Below the pieces are notes generated by a model. That model did no database searches, had not been told where the DNA came from, and saw nothing but the letters and a program-made list of their open reading frames with translations. From Candidatus Thorarchaeota archaeon (GTDB lineage Archaea > Asgardarchaeota > Thorarchaeia > Thorarchaeales > Thorarchaeaceae), in the NCBI GenBank assembly GCA_019057475.1, contig DXJO01000020.1:74875-138874 (forward strand): a DNA stretch of 64,000 nucleotides, written 5' to 3'. Positions 59,028 to 64,000 of this stretch are shown here, piece by piece. Position 1 is the first letter of the stretch. Every line of letters starts with the position of its first letter. The translations under genes were made by a program, and so were the position numbers.

Positions 59028-59490
59028 TACTACAAAGAACGTGTATGTAGTACTACATAACGTACATTCAGTTAGCAAGGTTGCCGAAACCGCTCAGGTC
59101 GTCTACGGTCTCGGTTTTTCTAACTTCATTGTTTCAAAGGCTGAGGGTTCAGCCGCTCAGACAGGGGTTCCGGACGCAAATCGGTTTGCAGTCAAGATGA
59201 AGAGCAGCTTCATGGTGATGCCAGATTTACGGGATGTGCTCGAAGTCCTTGGAGTTGAAACCCCCCTGCTAGTTACATCCCCCGTTCTTACAAAAGAGAG
59301 AGTGAACTTTGACACGCTTGGCAAGAGAGTGAGGTCAGGAGAGAGGACAGTGATAGTCTTGTCTGGAAGCAACAGTTCGTTCTCGCGAAAAGAAATGGAC
59401 GTGGGTGAGTGCGTAAGCCTTGAAGCCCGTGTCGACATCGGACCTGCAGGAACTGCAGCGGTAATCCTTCATAGAATCCTTAGCTCATGA
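59020..59490 (+). CDS. Hypothetical alpha/beta protein with a SPOUT-methyltransferase-like C-terminal pattern
   Basis: YVVLHNVHSVSKVAETAQVVYGLGF... and VIVLSGSNSSFSRKEM...VSLEARVDIGPAGTAAVILHRIL. The TTG start is preceded by AAGGAGG and overlaps the dcm stop by 8 nt. Confidence 0.5.
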   Translation: MNDTTKNVYVVLHNVHSVSKVAETAQVVYGLGFSNFIVSKAEGSAAQTGVPDANRFAVKMKSSFMVMPDLRDVLEVLGVETPLLVTSPVLTKERVNFDTLGKRVRSGERTVIVLSGSNSSFSRKEMDVGECVSLEARVDIGPAGTAAVILHRILSS

Positions 59491-59522
59491 AAACGATGAG
59501 GTACTAAGAGGATTAGCCCAGT

Positions 59523-60812
59523 CTAGAAGAGATCAGGAAGCAATGCCTTAGAGCCATGCAGTTTCGCTTGAATCAACGCTTTGATGGCAGTTGTCTTTGA
59601 AGGAGTGATATCAAGAACGCCTACTCCCATGAGTTTGCAGAGTGCAGACAGTGTCGCCGCTAGCCTGTTACAGGTCGGACTAGTGAACACATTTTTCCTC
59701 CCCAATCGTGCTTCGAGTGCCTCTCTGGTTTCTTCAATTGCACAATCACCTGCGATGAATACCCTGCCAGTTATGGAGCCGACATCCTCTCTATCGAAGC
59801 CCTTTCCCATGAGGATTGTGAATCCCCCCTTTCCTTCGTAGTCATAATGAAGCATCTGTAGAACAATCAGCACATTCAGTTCACACCCCTCCGGGCAGAG
59901 CATCTCCTTGCCACGGATTATTCTAACATCCTCTGGCATTGTATCGAGAATGTTACATGGATACTTCTTCTGGAATCGAGATAGATTCCCTTTCACATTT
60001 ATCTTACTCAGGTCGCCGATGCCATTTCCATCATCACGGACAAGTGCGAGGTGCTTGACTTCATTAATATCATAGCCAAGAACCTTGGCTCCCACCGTGT
60101 CTGTAGCCAGCGTATCTGCGCCACCGATTAGGATGTTCAATCGGTCCAACGACTTACTTTGGAATGGCTCAGTGCTCAGTGGATAGTGTCCGTTAAAGAC
60201 GGCATTGGTTCCATCAACGAGCGTATAATCCGGTCGAACCAGCGCGAAGAAATCGGCTAGTCTGCGGTGGAGATTGTAATTGTGATGGTACCCTCTATCT
60301 TTCTGGCTTGGGAATGCCATCTGATTCTTGACACCCAGAGTGACTGTACTCATAGAGTGAGTCTTCAGTTTGGGCAGAGAAACGTAAGTGTACTCGTCCT
60401 GTTCATTCATAAACTTCTGAACAATGAGCCTTGGAAACTCTATTGTTTCATCGAAATGCGGCAGTTTGACACTTTCAGTGGGCTTCTCATCCAAATAGAT
60501 GGGCTTTCCCCCAGTTCTCTTACACACTTCACGATACCCTGTGAACTCGAACACAATTCGCGTCATGTTTCCTTGTGTTGAATTCTCCATAACAAAGACC
60601 TTGGATGCATCCAACTCGTAGAAGTAGTTAATCACAGCCTCCAAGACACTGGGATCTGTGTAGGCATAAGGCTTGAAGTCAATCGCATTTGGTTTGAGAT
60701 ACACCTCACCGGATGACTTGATTAGGCTCCTTTCTGGCACAGTGAGTCTGAAGACTTCTCTCACTGCGCTCAACACATCATTCTCAATGTCTACCACAGC
60801 AACATCAAACAT
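59523..60812 (-). CDS. DUF362-domain protein
   Basis: VYLKPNAIDFKP..., LPKLKTHSMSTVTLGVKNQMAF. Confidence 0.7.
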   Translation of the reverse strand: MFDVAVVDIENDVLSAVREVFRLTVPERSLIKSSGEVYLKPNAIDFKPYAYTDPSVLEAVINYFYELDASKVFVMENSTQGNMTRIVFEFTGYREVCKRTGGKPIYLDEKPTESVKLPHFDETIEFPRLIVQKFMNEQDEYTYVSLPKLKTHSMSTVTLGVKNQMAFPSQKDRGYHHNYNLHRRLADFFALVRPDYTLVDGTNAVFNGHYPLSTEPFQSKSLDRLNILIGGADTLATDTVGAKVLGYDINEVKHLALVRDDGNGIGDLSKINVKGNLSRFQKKYPCNILDTMPEDVRIIRGKEMLCPEGCELNVLIVLQMLHYDYEGKGGFTILMGKGFDREDVGSITGRVFIAGDCAIEETREALEARLGRKNVFTSPTCNRLAATLSALCKLMGVGVLDITPSKTTAIKALIQAKLHGSKALLPDLF

Positions 60813-60852
60813 ATTGGGTCAGTCATAGAATAGCAGTGGCAAGAGAAAAGTA

Positions 60853-60960
60853 TGGTGGGCCGGAGGCGATTTGAACGCCCGATCCCTTGGATCCGAACCA
60901 AGAATCAATTTGGCAGGTCGCTATTAGCGGCACCTTGTTACCAAGCTAGACCACCGACCC
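60853..60960 (-). tRNA. tRNA-Pro(CGG) with about 32 nt of extra sequence in the D-arm region (non-canonical intron or introns); CCA encoded
   Basis: Reverse complement: GGGTCGG-TG-GTCTAGCTTGGTA[...]CTTGG-TTCGGAT-CCAAG-GGATC-GGGCG-TTCAAAT-CGCCT-CCGGCCC-A-CCA. There are 58 nt before the anticodon stem instead of about 26. Confidence 0.7.
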
Positions 60961-61053
60961 ATGTGCGAACCCAATCCTAGGCGGGTGTCATTTAATTATT
61001 TCGTCGAGCATCAGGTGGAATACAGTCAACCGTACAACATAATAAAGCGCCAT

Positions 61054-61461
61054 ATGAAAACGTGGCTGAGAAACATGTCACTACCTCCTAACGAAGTCAA
61101 AATGCTTTCTCGCAAGGACTTGACACAGAAGGATATAGAGTACTTCCGGGTCAAGTACGGCAAGAGGTTCGTGAGAGCATTGCGTGCTGTTGAGGAAGGG
61201 AAAGTAAAGAAATACCACTTCCTCCCAAGCGACACCACTAAATGGGTTGTGCATGGTGATACTCGGGCGTACTTGCTAAGCCCTGAAGTTTTCTGTACAT
61301 GTCGTTCATTCTATCAGTCAGCAGTCATTGCACGCGAAATCGACATGTGTTATCACATGCTAGCCCAGAAAATCGCGGCAATTCGCAGTCAGTACATGGC
61401 TATTGAGTCTAGTGACGCAGAGCGTAGACGATTATATACACAGTGGCGAAAAGTAGGTTGA
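61054..61461 (+). CDS. SWIM-type zinc-finger protein
   Basis: CxCx(n)CxH pattern: FCTCRSFYQSAVIAREIDMCYHMLA. The start is uncertain (61054, 61075 or 61102). The longest ORF would abut tRNA-Pro. Confidence 0.6.
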   Translation: MKTWLRNMSLPPNEVKMLSRKDLTQKDIEYFRVKYGKRFVRALRAVEEGKVKKYHFLPSDTTKWVVHGDTRAYLLSPEVFCTCRSFYQSAVIAREIDMCYHMLAQKIAAIRSQYMAIESSDAERRRLYTQWRKVG

Positions 61462-61546
61462 TTCATCAGTCGTGCATTCTTTGATTTGAGGATAACTTTA
61501 AAACTCAGACCAAGTGTGGCACGCTAACTGAGCTAGAAGGTCGGAA

Positions 61547-62656
61547 GTGCGAATGCCACGCTTCAATAATACCTCACGGATTATCGTGACTGTAGTAGCC
61601 CTGATGATACTTCTGTCATCCTTTCAGCTCAACGTAAAAGCTCAAGCGCAGCTTGACCCAATTGTTGTTCTTTATGATGCAAGTCATCTTCAGCAGATTG
61701 ACCCATTCGATGAGGAAGGGCTGAAGCTGATGTTTGACATGGTGAATGAGTCATCACGATACATTATAAGAATCAATGAGGACAATTCTCTGAATGCATC
61801 GGTTCTGAATGATGTGGACATACTGATAATATCTGATCCCGACGCAACCTCTGAATTCACTCAAGAGGAATCTTCTGCCATCGCAGAGATGCTGGTTAAT
61901 GGCAGCTCGCTTTTGGCACTGGGAAATCCTACAATCACTCAAAATTCGACCTATTGGAGTTCCGCACCGTTTCAGGATCTAGGTGAGAACATCGCACTGA
62001 ATACACTCTTTGATCAAATCAACATGAGCGGAGTGAGATTCAGTGTGAACTACACCTTGGACGACCGGATTTGGGGCGATACGTTGTTCGACTATGAGCA
62101 TTCCCTACACCCCAACAGCTCGTGGGTACTACAGCTCGATTCCAGTACTTGGGATACAACGCATCCTATCTTCAAGGACATCAACGAGCTATTCACAATG
62201 ACTGCCACGCTCAGGCCCATTGATGCGGCAAGCGCTGTTGCCAGAGGATACGATTCCTCTTTTGCCCAGTTTAGAAAAGGCCCTTACAGCTGGGGCAATG
62301 TATCGTTTCCGAACATTAGCCTGACAGAGTTTGAGGAAGCCCCGCTTTCGTATTCAGCCATCAATGGTACCCTCCCCCCATGGCTTGCAGCCTTCGAGTA
62401 TAACGGAAGCAGGGTAATCGTTGCCGGGTCAACGATGATGTTCACCGGTTACAACCTTGACCTGCCAGATGGGGTTTCAAGGTCGGAATCGCAGTGGTTC
62501 TACCAAGGTGATAACGCAAGGCTCTTCATGAATATGCTCGATTGGCTTTCAGCTGGTTCTGCTGAGCCTCCCAGTGCAATAGTGCCCATGTTGACGATTT
62601 CTGCTGTGATACTACTTGTTGGTATTGCTTACTACCTCATCAAAAAGATGCGGTGA
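61547..62656 (+). CDS. Secreted, C-terminally membrane-anchored protein (DUF4350-like fold suspected)
   Basis: Signal/anchor IIVTVVALMILLSSFQLNVKAQA; DILIISDPDATSEFTQEESSAIAEMLVNGSSLLALG; C-terminal TM ISAVILLVGIAYYLI. The start is GTG 61547 or ATG 61553. Confidence 0.6.
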   Translation: MRMPRFNNTSRIIVTVVALMILLSSFQLNVKAQAQLDPIVVLYDASHLQQIDPFDEEGLKLMFDMVNESSRYIIRINEDNSLNASVLNDVDILIISDPDATSEFTQEESSAIAEMLVNGSSLLALGNPTITQNSTYWSSAPFQDLGENIALNTLFDQINMSGVRFSVNYTLDDRIWGDTLFDYEHSLHPNSSWVLQLDSSTWDTTHPIFKDINELFTMTATLRPIDAASAVARGYDSSFAQFRKGPYSWGNVSFPNISLTEFEEAPLSYSAINGTLPPWLAAFEYNGSRVIVAGSTMMFTGYNLDLPDGVSRSESQWFYQGDNARLFMNMLDWLSAGSAEPPSAIVPMLTISAVILLVGIAYYLIKKMR

Positions 62657-62660
62657 AACA

Positions 62661-63281
62661 TCACCATTCCGGCTTCTCTACGCCCCGCCTGTCCAAATTC
62701 GCTTCGATGGTTTCCTTAAGCTGTGAGATGTTAACACGCTTAGATGCAGATATCGGCACAATCTGAGGCTCTATGTCTGGCACAACCTCTCTAAGCTTCA
62801 TCTCCAAATAGTCGAGCTCGTGGGAAATCCTGCTTTTCTTGACTTTATCGATTTTGTTTGCAGCCACAACTACACCTGAGGAAATCTCGGATAAGAAACC
62901 GTAAAACTCGATATCAACAGGAATCTCACCACGTTTATCCCATCTCTCGACAAGCACTCTAAACAGGGATACATCTACAATCAGGATTGCTACAGCTATT
63001 TTCTTCCCCCATTCCTCAAGCCTGTGAATGACCGTAGTCTTCGTTTCTTCTATTGTTGCCTTGCTTTGACCTGCCATGTGACCAAAGCCTGCCATGTCAG
63101 CTAGAATGACTGGACCAAGGTCTATGAGAAACTCCCAGCGCGTGCTTCCGGGGCGCTTGCCAACCCGCACTCGCCTACCAGTCAACGCCCGTATAGTACT
63201 GCTTTTTCCAACATTGCTTCTGCCAGCAAATACTATCAGCGGCTTTCCACCCTTGATCTTGGTACGGCTTCGTTCTTGCAT
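62661..63281 (-). CDS. engB: GTP-binding protein EngB/YsxC
   Basis: IVFAGRSNVGKSSTIRALTG, DMAGFG, ANKIDK. Confidence 0.85.
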   Translation of the reverse strand: MQERSRTKIKGGKPLIVFAGRSNVGKSSTIRALTGRRVRVGKRPGSTRWEFLIDLGPVILADMAGFGHMAGQSKATIEETKTTVIHRLEEWGKKIAVAILIVDVSLFRVLVERWDKRGEIPVDIEFYGFLSEISSGVVVAANKIDKVKKSRISHELDYLEMKLREVVPDIEPQIVPISASKRVNISQLKETIEANLDRRGVEKPEW

Positions 63282-63474
63282 TCTCCTTCTTCGCCTTTGC
63301 TATTTCTCTCAAGAGTGCGTGTTGTTCATGTCGTAGAATAATCGATGCAGTCGGCGGTCCAACTCCTGCGTCCGAGAACTCTGGGAACAGTCTTCTCCTG
63401 AATCTCAGTAAAAGGTGTAATTTGCTGGGATGAAATACAATTGTGTATCTCTTCATTGAGGGACGCAAACATGC

Positions 63475-63726
63475 TCATCTAGAGGACTTCCTCTCCTTCA
63501 GATGCTGAATCTCGTTTATCAAGATACGCATGTCAGTCCTAAGTGTAATCTCCACATCATCCATTTTGGACTCAAGATCACGCACAACGCCATCGATTGA
63601 AACGCATTCAGTCACGAACTCATCAACAGTCATCTGTAATGCTGCCAAGTTAGAGATGTGCGCTGCAACATTGTCAAAAGCAGAACGAATTATTTCGTAA
63701 CAGTCACTGGGAGGAGATTCTCCCAT
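63475..63726 (-). CDS. Hypothetical small helical protein
   Basis: 83-aa ORF. It is preceded by a 37-aa TM ORF whose stop lies 3 nt upstream of its ATG. Confidence 0.4.
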   Translation of the reverse strand: MGESPPSDCYEIIRSAFDNVAAHISNLAALQMTVDEFVTECVSIDGVVRDLESKMDDVEITLRTDMRILINEIQHLKERKSSR

Positions 63727-63729
63727 CGC

Positions 63730-63843
63730 CTACTCCTCTTCTTGAGTTTCACCATAGACTGTGTAGCCGAGAATCATAATTAGCACTACAATGCCGAGTA
63801 TCTTTAGGGCGACATCAACTATTGGAATTAAATCGGCTTGCAT
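63730..63843 (-). CDS. Possible 37-aa single-TM peptide (below the ORF-track cutoff)
   Basis: Manual translation: MQADLIPIVDVALKILGIVVLIMILGYTVYGETQEEE*. Confidence 0.3.
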   Translation of the reverse strand: MQADLIPIVDVALKILGIVVLIMILGYTVYGETQEEE

Positions 63844-64000
63844 GGCAATCCTGTGTCCTCGGAATAGGTCGGCTTATAATAATTGCTGATAGACAAATCC
63901 CGAACTACAGGACAATGCTCTGTCTATGCAGCTTCTGCTTTGCGCTTTTCATAGAATTTGTCTATGAAAGATCCATAGACGTCTACAGGCTCAGTTAAAT

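Noticed and set aside
63175-63468. A 97-aa minus-strand ORF overlapping the EngB start, and a 50-aa ORF (about 63329-63478) with an ATGA overlap to the upstream gene.
   Set aside because: The 97-aa ORF overlaps engB by about 107 nt and has no motifs. The 50-aa ORF (…ITPFTEIQEKTVPRVLGRR…) only vaguely recalls a helicase Q-motif and is too short to support.

Overview
This is an archaeal chromosomal segment built around conserved information-processing clusters. These are gatD-gatE; rpoB-rpoA'-rpoA''-L30e-nusA-S12-S7 ... EF-1alpha; aIF5B / ndk / L24e-S28e-L7Ae; and rpoD-L18e-L13-S9-rpoN-S2. Interspersed with them are 10 tRNA genes. Seven carry introns and all ten encode the 3' CCA. A tRNA-splicing endonuclease gene and a probable SRP RNA are also present. 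Metabolic genes include pgk, rpiA, an MtnA/aIF-2B-like isomerase, G1P dehydrogenase (egsA), and a tightly coupled four-gene archaeal-type mevalonate operon (mvk, UbiD-type decarboxylase, AcnX large and small subunits). An Arf-like small GTPase, an LRR protein, a tubby/LURP-one-like protein and the unsplit rpoB suggest an Asgard/TACK-like archaeon; this is an inference, not a proven placement. The accessory or unusual regions are: (i) the 3' end of an IS200/IS605 tnpB at the left edge, followed by a structured segment that recurs as an orphan copy at about 24.3-24.5 kb; (ii) an LRR gene translationally coupled to a QW-motif alpha/alpha-toroid gene; (iii) an ECF transporter operon whose S component and an adjacent metallophosphoesterase both carry a sulfite-oxidase-like (Oxidored_molyb) domain; (iv) a DUF1156-type DNA methyltransferase whose conserved N-terminus has no canonical in-frame start codon; (v) an intron-less, decayed copy of the tRNA-Tyr 3' half about 650 bp from the intron-containing tRNA-Tyr gene, which looks like att sites; (vi) an orphan C5 DNA methyltransferase coupled to a small SPOUT-like ORF. 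I saw no CRISPR array and no rRNA. All functional calls come from motif recognition by eye. No database search was run.
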